The position numbers and the translations under genes were made by a program. A stretch of DNA of 64,000 nt from Candidatus Delongbacteria bacterium (lineage in GTDB: Bacteria > CAIWAD01): contig OY760505.1 of NCBI GenBank assembly GCA_963663545.1, positions 2,592,001 through 2,656,000 of the forward strand, given 5' to 3'. Below the pieces are notes generated by a model. That model was not told the origin of the DNA and did not search any database. It saw only the letters and a list, made by a program, of their open reading frames with translations. Positions within the stretch are counted from its first letter, which is position 1. Each line of letters starts with the position of its first letter. Shown here piece after piece: positions 29,283 to 38,048 of this stretch.

Positions 29283-32200
29283 ATGGAGAACACAATCCGC
29301 ATCCGAGTAAACGGGCAGGAGATTGAAGCCCGTCAGGGAGCGACGATTCTCGAGGCCGTGCATGAAGCCGGCGTCGATCGAATTCCGACCCTGTGTCACT
29401 CACCCGAACTCAAACCCTATGGATCCTGTTTCGTCTGCACCGTCGAGGTCAAGGGACGGCGCAATCTGGTTCCTGCCTGTGCTACACGCGTGGCACCGGA
29501 CATGGAAGTTGTCACACGCAGCGAGCGCGTGGTCAAGAGCCGTCGCACGGCCTTGGAACTACTGATGTCCAATCACTGGGCCGACTGTGTATCACCGTGC
29601 TCGCTGGCCTGTCCCGCCGACGTGGACTGCCAGGGCTACCTGACCCTGGCCGCGCTGGGCGAAGATCTGGCCGCCGTGGAGCTGATTCGCGAGGTCAATC
29701 CGCTGCCCGCTATCTGCGGTCGCGTTTGCGTGCGCAAGTGTGAGCTGGCCTGCCGTCGTGAAGACGTTGACCAGGAGCCAGTGGGCATCAACGCCATCAA
29801 GCGTCATGTAAGCGATGCACCCGGTATTTACGACAAAGACCCCGAACGCGAACCAGATCGCGGCATGAGCGTGGCCATTATCGGTTCCGGTCCTGCCGGA
29901 CTGACGGCCGCCTACTATCTGGGCCGCAAGGGCTACAATCCCGTGATCTACGAAGCCCAGGAGCGCACGGGCGGCATGTTGCGTTACGGCATTCCGCGCT
30001 ACCGTCTGCCGGATGAAGTCATCGACAAGGAAGTCGACTACGTACGTCGCGCCGGTGTGGATATTCGCACTGGAGTTGCCATCGGACGCGATGTATCACT
30101 GGATCAGCTCCGGCAGGAGCACAAAGCGGTCTTCATTGCAGTAGGTGCCCAGACGGGCAAGCCTATGCGTGTTCCAGGCGAATTCGACACCGAAGGGGTC
30201 GTCACCGGCGCAGACTTCCTGCGGGACAAAACCAACGATCCCACTCCCGTCAAGGGAACCGTGGTCGTAGTTGGCGGTGGTAACACGGCAATGGATGTAG
30301 CACGCACTTCCTGGCGCCTGGGTGCCGACAAGGTAATCGTGCTCTATCGCCGCACGCGTGCCGAAATGCCCGCTGATAAAATGGAAATCGTCGACCTGCT
30401 CGAAGAAGGCATTGAGCTGATGGAGCTAGCCGCCCCGGTCGGCATCGAGGCTGAGAACGGACGTATCACGGGCTTCAACTGCATTCGCATGGAACTGGGT
30501 GAGCCGGACGCATCCGGGCGTCGCCGTCCTGTTGAGAAGGCTGGCAGCGAGTTTGTGCTGCCATGTGATCTGGCGGTGTCCGCCATTGGCCAGGATACGG
30601 TCCTCGACGGAGTGGCCGAGACCGAAGGCAGCACAATTGAACTGACGCGTTGGAAAACCTACGTCGTGAATCCTGAAACCATGGCAACCAACATCGCCGG
30701 TGTTTTTGCCGGTGGTGATGCGGCGGACGACGGCCCGACGGTGGCCGTAGACGCTGTGCGTGACGGACGTCGTGCAGCGCTGGCCATTCACGGATGGCTC
30801 AGTGGTGAAGCCGCTCCCAAGAAGCCCTTTGTAGTACGCAAAGACTTCTGGGATGCGCCCAAACCAGAGGACTTTGCTGTAGTGCGCAACGGCGAGCGTC
30901 GTGAGGTGCACCAAATTGATGTAGCCGCACGTGCCAATTGTTTCTGCGAAGTGGCCGACGGTTTCTCAACAGAGGATGTGATACACGAGCAGGCCCGATG
31001 CCTGTGCTGTGGCTGTGTGCGTTATCACGACTGCGAGTTGCGCTTGCTGGCGGAAGAATACGAAGTGGATATGGATCACTTCAAGGGTGAAGTGAAGAAG
31101 CACAAGGTGGACTACCGCGACGATCGAATTGTCTACGACGCCAACAAGTGTGTGCTCTGTGCCCGTTGCATCCGCACCTGTGGACAGCTGCTGCCCGCAG
31201 TGGCGTTGGGTTTGGTGGATCGAGGTTTTGACACCGAGATGCAACCTGCCATGGAGGACCCGCTGGCGCAGACCACCTGCGTGCACTGCGGCAACTGCGT
31301 TGATGCCTGTCCTACGGCAGCCCTGAGCATCATGCATCCCTTCCCGGCGAGGGCCAGTCTGCATAAGGAAAGCACTTTCAGCCATTGCGGAAGCTGCTCG
31401 CTGAATTGTGCCGTGAACATTGAGACCATCAACCATCAAAACCCGGTGGTCAAGGGCGCTGAGCTAGGCGACTATCTGTGTCACAACGGACGCTTTGCCA
31501 ATGAACTCTTCCTGCGTACACCCCGTGTGATTACACCTCGTGTGGATGGTGGTGATACAAGTTTGGATCAGGCGATTCGAGCTGCTGCTGACAAGTTGCA
31601 GGATGCTGCTCGCAAGCATGGTGTGGACAAGGTGGCGGTGTTTGTATCCCCGGAACTCAGCAGTGAGACTCAGTTTATCGCAGCCCGTGTAGCACGCGAA
31701 GGTCTGGGCACATCGCGCATCGCCTCGCTTTCGCAGATCACAGGAGGCCTGGGTGCCGATCTGAGTGAGCAGCTTGGTTTTACAGCGTCTACCTGTACGG
31801 ACGAAGCTTTGCAGGAAGCGGATCTGATCCTCTGTGATTCGGTCTGGCTGGAGCAGGATCACCTGCCCCTGCAAGCGAAGATTCTGCAGGCGGTGCGTGG
31901 TGGAGCCAGTCTGGTTCTGCGCGGAGACTACTCGGCGGCAATGCAGCGCATGGCGAGTCTTGTGCTTGATCCTAAGCAAGGTGAGACCGCCACGATGTGG
32001 GGAGCCGTGATACGAGCACTGCGCGACATGGGGCACAGTCTGGAAACCCTTGAAGGCGCGGATGCTTTCTTGGCTGCTGATGGTGCCGAGTTCTCGCTGC
32101 TCGCTGATCACTCAGGCGTGGACGGTGATACATTGAGAGCTTTGGCGGCTGATCTGGTTAAGGCAAGACGCGTGGTCATCCTGCATGGTGCAGATCGCAA

Positions 32201-32918
32201 CAACGAAGGTGCTGGTGTGCCACGTCAGCTAGCGAATCTGGCTTTGCTACTGAATGCTGCCGGTTGTCGTGCCGAGTTGATGCTACCGCGTGAGGCGGCA
32301 AACCTGGCCGCGCTGACGCTGACAGGAGTTGATCCGCGTTATGCTCCCGGTCGTAAGCCTTTGGATCACGCACCGCAGCCGTCTGAACTTTTAAAGATGG
32401 TGCACGATGGCGAGTTGAAGGCGGTGTTGGTTGTGGGTGAGGATCCACTGGCCGATGCAGAGCTGGCGAAGGCGCTTGCAGGTCTGGAGTGTCTTGTGGT
32501 CGTCGATTGGGCGCGTACCGCGACGGCGCTCAAAGCCGATGTTCTGCTGCCGGGTACCACCTGGATGGAAGAGACCGGCACGCGTGTGGATTACGCCGGA
32601 CGTGTTGTGCAGAGCGCGAGCGCTGTATCACCGCCAGCAGGTCGCTGCACCTGGCAGGTCGTAGCAGCATTGGCTGTGGCCTTTGGTCTGCACTGCGAAC
32701 AGCAGTATCTCGCCAAGGTGACCAGTCAGTTGGCCGATCTAGTTCGTGAGCAGGCCGACGGACGCTTTCCCTTCCTGTGGAACACAGGTGAGGATCGCGA
32801 GTGGCAGGGCGACGGACGCTTGGCACCAGTTGTAGCTGCCCCGGTAGCTGTGCAGCGTTTGCCGCTGACGGCGTTGGCGGCATGGAAGAAGAAAAACATC
32901 CCCGACCTCGGGGAATAA
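29283..32918 (+). CDS. Large Fe-S flavoprotein: 2Fe-2S domain, GltD/NfnB-like FAD/NADP domain, 4Fe-4S domains and a degenerate molybdopterin-oxidoreductase fold (StnC-like)
   Basis: IPTLCH...CFVCTVE, CGRVCVRKCE, IIGSGPAGL, VVGGGNTAMDVAR, YRRT, CVLCARCIRTC, CVHCGNCVDACP, ADVLLPGTTWMEETGT. Confidence 0.88.
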   Translation: MENTIRIRVNGQEIEARQGATILEAVHEAGVDRIPTLCHSPELKPYGSCFVCTVEVKGRRNLVPACATRVAPDMEVVTRSERVVKSRRTALELLMSNHWADCVSPCSLACPADVDCQGYLTLAALGEDLAAVELIREVNPLPAICGRVCVRKCELACRREDVDQEPVGINAIKRHVSDAPGIYDKDPEREPDRGMSVAIIGSGPAGLTAAYYLGRKGYNPVIYEAQERTGGMLRYGIPRYRLPDEVIDKEVDYVRRAGVDIRTGVAIGRDVSLDQLRQEHKAVFIAVGAQTGKPMRVPGEFDTEGVVTGADFLRDKTNDPTPVKGTVVVVGGGNTAMDVARTSWRLGADKVIVLYRRTRAEMPADKMEIVDLLEEGIELMELAAPVGIEAENGRITGFNCIRMELGEPDASGRRRPVEKAGSEFVLPCDLAVSAIGQDTVLDGVAETEGSTIELTRWKTYVVNPETMATNIAGVFAGGDAADDGPTVAVDAVRDGRRAALAIHGWLSGEAAPKKPFVVRKDFWDAPKPEDFAVVRNGERREVHQIDVAARANCFCEVADGFSTEDVIHEQARCLCCGCVRYHDCELRLLAEEYEVDMDHFKGEVKKHKVDYRDDRIVYDANKCVLCARCIRTCGQLLPAVALGLVDRGFDTEMQPAMEDPLAQTTCVHCGNCVDACPTAALSIMHPFPARASLHKESTFSHCGSCSLNCAVNIETINHQNPVVKGAELGDYLCHNGRFANELFLRTPRVITPRVDGGDTSLDQAIRAAADKLQDAARKHGVDKVAVFVSPELSSETQFIAARVAREGLGTSRIASLSQITGGLGADLSEQLGFTASTCTDEALQEADLILCDSVWLEQDHLPLQAKILQAVRGGASLVLRGDYSAAMQRMASLVLDPKQGETATMWGAVIRALRDMGHSLETLEGADAFLAADGAEFSLLADHSGVDGDTLRALAADLVKARRVVILHGADRNNEGAGVPRQLANLALLLNAAGCRAELMLPREAANLAALTLTGVDPRYAPGRKPLDHAPQPSELLKMVHDGELKAVLVVGEDPLADAELAKALAGLECLVVVDWARTATALKADVLLPGTTWMEETGTRVDYAGRVVQSASAVSPPAGRCTWQVVAALAVAFGLHCEQQYLAKVTSQLADLVREQADGRFPFLWNTGEDREWQGDGRLAPVVAAPVAVQRLPLTALAAWKKKNIPDLGE

Positions 32919-32929
32919 CAGTCAATCAG

Positions 32930-32963
32930 GAAGCCCGTCGCATTGCCGGCGGGCTTCTTCTTC
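32930..32963 (+). terminator. Rho-independent terminator
   Basis: GAAGCCCG...CGGGCTTC stem followed by a TTCTTC tract. Confidence 0.55.
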
Positions 32964-32976
32964 TCCGGGATGGATC

Positions 32977-33942
32977 ATGAATCGAATGCGAAAGCCCCTG
33001 CTGACTCGCGAGGATCTGCCCGTGGTCAGCGATCGATTGCGCGATTTTAGTTCGGTTTTCAATCCTGGCGCGGTTCGCAATGAAGACGAAATTGTTCTTG
33101 TGACACGGGTACAAACACGTGGTCGTGAAACTTTGCTCTGGTGTGCGCGCAGCAATGATGGCATCATCTTTCGAATGGACTCGGCGCCCATCCAGCTCAA
33201 GGGCCTTGAGAGGTTTGGCGGAATGGTGTATCACGTGTATGATGCACGTGTCACACGACTCGATGATGCATGGTACATGCTTGTAGCTATGGATGTGGAC
33301 GACGGTTGCCGATTGGGATTGGTGCGCAGTCTGGATCTGCAGGAGTTTGAGTTTCTGGCTCAAACGGGTGAGGCGGATACGCGCAATGGCGTTCTTTTTC
33401 CCCGGAGATCTGCCTTTTATGGAAACCGATATCTGCGACTGGAGCGCCCTAATCGTACTCAGCTGGGCGGTGGTCCGCGCTCCGGATGTGAGATTGTGCT
33501 GGCTGCCAGCGATGATCTGCTGCGATGGGAAACCATTGCCACCGTCGCTCAGGGTAGGCCGCATTATTGGGACGAACTGATCGGGCCTGGACCACCTCCC
33601 GTTTTGACACAAGAGGGCTGGCTGCTTGTGTATCACGGCGTTGCCACGCACTTTGCCGGAGTCAATATCTATCAGGCGGGAGTAATGCTGCTGGATGCTG
33701 AGAATCCGTCGCTTGTGTTGGCGCGCGGCACACAGAACATCCTTGAGCCTCGCGAGCCGTGGGAGTTGACGGGCCAAGTGCCGAACGTCGTCTTTCCCAG
33801 TGGCATCGTACCTTTGGAAAACATTGGCGACCGGCCCTTGCGCCGACGAGACGAAGTGCTTCTCTATTACGGAGCGGCTGATACCTGTATCGGCGCCCTA
33901 CGTATTGGCGTGGATGAGCTACTGGACGCGTGTCACATGTGA
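32977..33942 (+). CDS. GH130 mannoside phosphorylase/glycosidase
   Basis: SVFNPGAV, YDARVT, RNGVLFP, IGPGPPP, WLLVYHGV, GQVPNVVFPSG, YYGAADT. Confidence 0.9.
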   Translation: MNRMRKPLLTREDLPVVSDRLRDFSSVFNPGAVRNEDEIVLVTRVQTRGRETLLWCARSNDGIIFRMDSAPIQLKGLERFGGMVYHVYDARVTRLDDAWYMLVAMDVDDGCRLGLVRSLDLQEFEFLAQTGEADTRNGVLFPRRSAFYGNRYLRLERPNRTQLGGGPRSGCEIVLAASDDLLRWETIATVAQGRPHYWDELIGPGPPPVLTQEGWLLVYHGVATHFAGVNIYQAGVMLLDAENPSLVLARGTQNILEPREPWELTGQVPNVVFPSGIVPLENIGDRPLRRRDEVLLYYGAADTCIGALRIGVDELLDACHM

Positions 33943-33982
33943 TTCCATGCCATTTTCCTTGTATCACTCTCCAGGAGATATC

Positions 33983-34945
33983 ATGAGCGAAGGCTTGAAC
34001 TACCTTGGCATCGACATCGGTGGAACCAATACCGAGTACGCCATTGTCAACGAAGCTGGTGAGTTTTTGATTCGTGACACATTGCCGACACAGTCGGACA
34101 AGCCTGCAACCGTCCTCTTCGACCGGCTGGCCGACGCCATTGGCGAAGCCCTACGTGCTTCACCTTGTACATTCGCAGGTGTGGGTGTGGGCGCACCAAA
34201 CGCCAACTACTACAACGGATCCATCGAGCACCCGCCCAACCTTTCCTGGGGCATCGTAGATCTGCGAGAAGAACTACGTCGTCGTTTCAATTGCCCCGTT
34301 GTAGTGACCAACGATGCCAATGCTGCCGCCCTGGGCGAAATGTGTTACGGCGCAGCCAAGGGCATGAGCAACTTTGTCCAGATTACACTTGGCACCGGCT
34401 TAGGCGCAGGTATTGTACTCAACGGAGTGCTAGTACATGGGCATTCCGGATACGCCGGCGAGATGGGGCACCTGACGGTGAAGCACGGCAATCGCGAGTG
34501 CGGTTGCGGGCGTCGTGGCTGTCTGGAGGCGTATGTCAGTGCCACCGGTCTTATGCGTACGACGCTTTCGCTCATGTCACACATGCGCGTTCCCAGTGAG
34601 CTGCGCAGCGTGTCCATGGACAAGCTCAACTCCTTCCGCATTTTCGAGGCTGCCGAGCATGGAGATGAGATCGCCCGTACGGCCTTCCAGCGCTGTGGAA
34701 CAACCATGGGTGAAGCCTTTGCCGACGTGGCCGCGCTGCTATCGCCGGAGGCCTTTATCATTGGCGGAGGCTTGGCCAAAGCCGGTGACTGGCTGTTGGC
34801 TCCTGCACGGCGCACCATGGATGAGAGCCTGATTCCTGTGTTACGCGGCAAGGTCAGAATCGTGTCTTCCTCGCTTCCCGGTGCGGATGCCGGAGTGTTG
34901 GGTGCAGCCGCATTGATCATGCAGGAACTTCTGCGCGGCAAGTAA
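33983..34945 (+). CDS. ROK-family sugar kinase
   Basis: GIDIGGT, NDANAAALGE, TLGTGLGAG, GEMGH and CGCGRRGCLEAY. AGGAG RBS before ATG 33983. Confidence 0.93.
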   Translation: MSEGLNYLGIDIGGTNTEYAIVNEAGEFLIRDTLPTQSDKPATVLFDRLADAIGEALRASPCTFAGVGVGAPNANYYNGSIEHPPNLSWGIVDLREELRRRFNCPVVVTNDANAAALGEMCYGAAKGMSNFVQITLGTGLGAGIVLNGVLVHGHSGYAGEMGHLTVKHGNRECGCGRRGCLEAYVSATGLMRTTLSLMSHMRVPSELRSVSMDKLNSFRIFEAAEHGDEIARTAFQRCGTTMGEAFADVAALLSPEAFIIGGGLAKAGDWLLAPARRTMDESLIPVLRGKVRIVSSSLPGADAGVLGAAALIMQELLRGK

Positions 34946-35032
34946 GCATGTCCTTGGCACGAGAGCGCTTTCCACAATGGTGACTGCTTCCTGCTGAGTT
35001 GTTGATCCTCAATCAATCAAGGATTTCCTGGC

Positions 35033-36085
35033 ATGAGACTCCTACTACTGTTGTTGCTGCCAGCGCTAGCTGGAGCGGGAGAGTTTCCTGTTCCCGCAGG
35101 CAGGCTGAATCCGCGTACGCTGGACTGCCGCCCGGCGGCTGTATCACCGGTGATCGACGGCCTGCTGGATGACGACCTCTGGCAACAGGTCTGCTGGAGT
35201 GAGCCCTTTGTGGACATTGAAGGCGATGCCAAACCCGCGCCCTGGTTCGAAACGCGAGTAGCGATGGCCTGGGATAGCGCCTGTTTCTACTGCGCAGCCC
35301 GCATGGAAGAACCCCACTTGTGGGCCACGCTGACGGAGCGCGATGCGGTGATCTTCCGCGACAATGATTTCGAGCTTTTTCTGGATCCGGACGGTGACAC
35401 ACACAACTACGCTGAGCTGGAAATCAACGCGCTCGGAACCGAATGGGACCTGCTGATCACCCAGCCTTATCGTGATCCACATTGCGCGGCCATCAATGGC
35501 TGGGACATTCCAGGCCTGCGGACGGCGGTGGCGCTGCAGGGCACGCTGAACGATCCCCGTGATACGGATCAGGGCTGGACGCTGGAAATTGCCATTCCCT
35601 GGGCGGCGCTGAAGCCCATCGCCGGTGTGCGTGTGCCACCTGAGCCGGGAGACCTGTGGCGACTGAACTTCAGTCGCGTCGAGTGGGATCTGGATCACAC
35701 GGACGAGACCTACACAAAGCGCGAAGGACCGGAGCACAACTGGGTCTGGTCGCCGCAGGGGCTGATCGCCATGCACTATCCGGAGCGTTGGGGCGTGCTG
35801 CGCTTTGTCGACACCGCTGAATCGGATTGCGATCCTCAGGATCCCGATCTGGCAGCGCGGCGCATTCTCTATGATTTGTACTACGCACAACGCCAGTATC
35901 AGGCGATACACGGAAACTGGTGTAGCGAACTGGATTCCCTTACGCTGGGACCGGTGCCGCGCCTGTATCACGGACCCGTGCTCTACAATACATACACGGG
36001 CTGGGAGGCGCGACTGACAAGCGCTGACGACCGCGCGTACTGTATCACCCACGAGGGTCGCTTTACTACCTGCAATTCCAACTAG
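35033..36085 (+). CDS. Secreted CBM9-like carbohydrate-binding protein
   Basis: Signal peptide, PVIDGLLDD, DNDFELFLDP, EINALGT, WTLEIAIPW, NFSRVEW, NWVWSPQG, MHYPERWG. Confidence 0.82.
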   Translation: MRLLLLLLLPALAGAGEFPVPAGRLNPRTLDCRPAAVSPVIDGLLDDDLWQQVCWSEPFVDIEGDAKPAPWFETRVAMAWDSACFYCAARMEEPHLWATLTERDAVIFRDNDFELFLDPDGDTHNYAELEINALGTEWDLLITQPYRDPHCAAINGWDIPGLRTAVALQGTLNDPRDTDQGWTLEIAIPWAALKPIAGVRVPPEPGDLWRLNFSRVEWDLDHTDETYTKREGPEHNWVWSPQGLIAMHYPERWGVLRFVDTAESDCDPQDPDLAARRILYDLYYAQRQYQAIHGNWCSELDSLTLGPVPRLYHGPVLYNTYTGWEARLTSADDRAYCITHEGRFTTCNSN

Positions 36086-36099
36086 CTCTCGGAGGACGC

Positions 36100-38046
36100 A
36101 TGCTGGGCACGAATCTGTTGTGGTTCGACTGGCTGATTGTCGTAGGTGTCTTTGCACTGATGCTGGCGGGGGTACTCGTCAGCCGTGGCTACATGCGCGG
36201 TATCGCCGACTTCCTGGCGGCGGGCCGCACCGCCGGGCGCTATGTAGTCAGTGTCAGTTCAGGCATCGCCATGCTGGGCGCCATCACCATGGTCAACCTG
36301 ATGGAGATGAACTACGAGGCGGGCTTCACGCAGACCTGGTGGGGCTTCACCATGGGCCTGGTCATGCTGGCGTTGACGGTCACCGGCTGGGTCAACTACC
36401 GCTTTCGCCAGACGCGCGCCTTGACGCTATCGCAGTTCTTTGAGATGCGCTACAGCAGGAGCTTCCGTGTCTTCGCGGGCCTCATCGCCTTCATCTCGGG
36501 ACTGGTAAACTTCGGCATCTTTCCCGCCGTGGGCGCGCGCTTCTTCATCTATTTCTGCGGACTGCCCACCGCTTTCTCCCTGGGCGGAATCGAGGTTGCC
36601 ACCTTCCCGGTGCTGATGATTCTGCTGCTGGGCGTGAGCCTCTTCTTCGTGTTCTCCGGCGGCCAGGTGGCGGTGGTGCTCTCGGATTTCATCCAGGGCC
36701 TCTTCGTCAACGCCGTTTTCGTGATACTCCTCGTCTACCTGCTGCTGCAGTTCAACTGGACGCACATTGCCGAAGCGATGGCGATGGCACCGGTGGAGGC
36801 GAGCAAGATCAATCCCTTCCACACCTCTCACATGGACGACTTCAACCTGTGGTACTTCCTCATCGGTGTGTTCGGCGTGATCTACGGCGCCATGTCCTGG
36901 CAGGGAACGCAGGGCTACAATGCCTCGGCTCGCAGTGCGCACGAGGCGAAGATGGGCGGCGTGCTCAGCACCTGGCGCACGCTGGGACAGTCGACGGCAA
37001 TGCTGCTGATTCCCATCGTGGCCTACACCGTGATGCATCACAGCGCCTACGCGCCCATCCAGGAATCGGTCGGTGCTACACTGGGGCAGTTCGACAATCC
37101 TGCGGTGCAGAGTCAGCTGCGTGTGCCGCTGGTGTTGACGCACATTCTGCCGCACGGGCTGATTGGAGCTTTTGCCGCGCTGATGTTGGCGGCTTTTATC
37201 AGCACGCACGACACCTACCTGCATTCCTGGGGCAGCATTCTGATGCAGGATGTGATACTCCCGTTACGCGGCGGCAAACCGCTACCGCCCAAGCAGCATC
37301 TGTTGGCGTTGAAACTGGCCATCCTCTTCGTGGCGATCTTCATCTTCTTCTTCAGCCTCTGGTTCCGCATGACCGACTTCATCGCCATGTTCTTCGCCAT
37401 CACCGGTGCCATCTTCGCCGGCGGTTCGGGCGCGGTCATCATTGGCGGTCTGTATTGGAAACGTGGCACTGCAGCAGCGGCTTGGGCCTCAATGATCACC
37501 GGCAGCGGAATCGCCGTCGGCGGCATCGTGATACGCCAGATCCAGCCCGACTTTCCCCTCAACGGACAGGAATTCTGGGGCCTGGCGATGCTGGCCTCCA
37601 GCATGATCTACGTGCTTGTATCACTGGCGGGGAAGAAGCGCGAAGCCAACATGGACAAACTCTTGCACCGCGGCCAGTACGACACGAATCACGAGATCCA
37701 GCGCGGCGAGGTGAGCGCGCGCGGATGGCGCGTGCTGGCCATCACCGACGAATTCAGCCGCAGTGATCGCTGGCTCTACATTGTGACCTACGCCTGGACC
37801 CTGCTCTGGGGCACCCTCTTTGGTGTGGGCACTTTCTGGAACCTGACCCACGAAGTGAACGACGCCGCCTGGATGAGCTTCTGGCGCTGGTATCTCTGGC
37901 TCTACGCCTTCATTTCTCTGGTGGTGCTGGTCTGGTTCAGCATTGGTGGCGTGCGCGATGTGCGTGACATGCTCGCACGGCTGTCGGGCATGGAGCGCGA
38001 TGTTGAGGATAACGGTGTATCACGCAAATCCGTGGAAGTGGAGTAA
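36100..38046 (+). CDS. Sodium:solute symporter family transporter
   Basis: DFLAAGR and TLSQFFEMRYS motifs, more than 12 TM helices. Confidence 0.88.
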   Translation: MLGTNLLWFDWLIVVGVFALMLAGVLVSRGYMRGIADFLAAGRTAGRYVVSVSSGIAMLGAITMVNLMEMNYEAGFTQTWWGFTMGLVMLALTVTGWVNYRFRQTRALTLSQFFEMRYSRSFRVFAGLIAFISGLVNFGIFPAVGARFFIYFCGLPTAFSLGGIEVATFPVLMILLLGVSLFFVFSGGQVAVVLSDFIQGLFVNAVFVILLVYLLLQFNWTHIAEAMAMAPVEASKINPFHTSHMDDFNLWYFLIGVFGVIYGAMSWQGTQGYNASARSAHEAKMGGVLSTWRTLGQSTAMLLIPIVAYTVMHHSAYAPIQESVGATLGQFDNPAVQSQLRVPLVLTHILPHGLIGAFAALMLAAFISTHDTYLHSWGSILMQDVILPLRGGKPLPPKQHLLALKLAILFVAIFIFFFSLWFRMTDFIAMFFAITGAIFAGGSGAVIIGGLYWKRGTAAAAWASMITGSGIAVGGIVIRQIQPDFPLNGQEFWGLAMLASSMIYVLVSLAGKKREANMDKLLHRGQYDTNHEIQRGEVSARGWRVLAITDEFSRSDRWLYIVTYAWTLLWGTLFGVGTFWNLTHEVNDAAWMSFWRWYLWLYAFISLVVLVWFSIGGVRDVRDMLARLSGMERDVEDNGVSRKSVEVE

Positions 38047-38048
38047 CG

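Noticed and set aside
29283..32918. Selenocysteine formate dehydrogenase or [FeFe]-hydrogenase
   Set aside because: No in-frame UGA and no H-cluster motifs. The molybdopterin-like part is degenerate.
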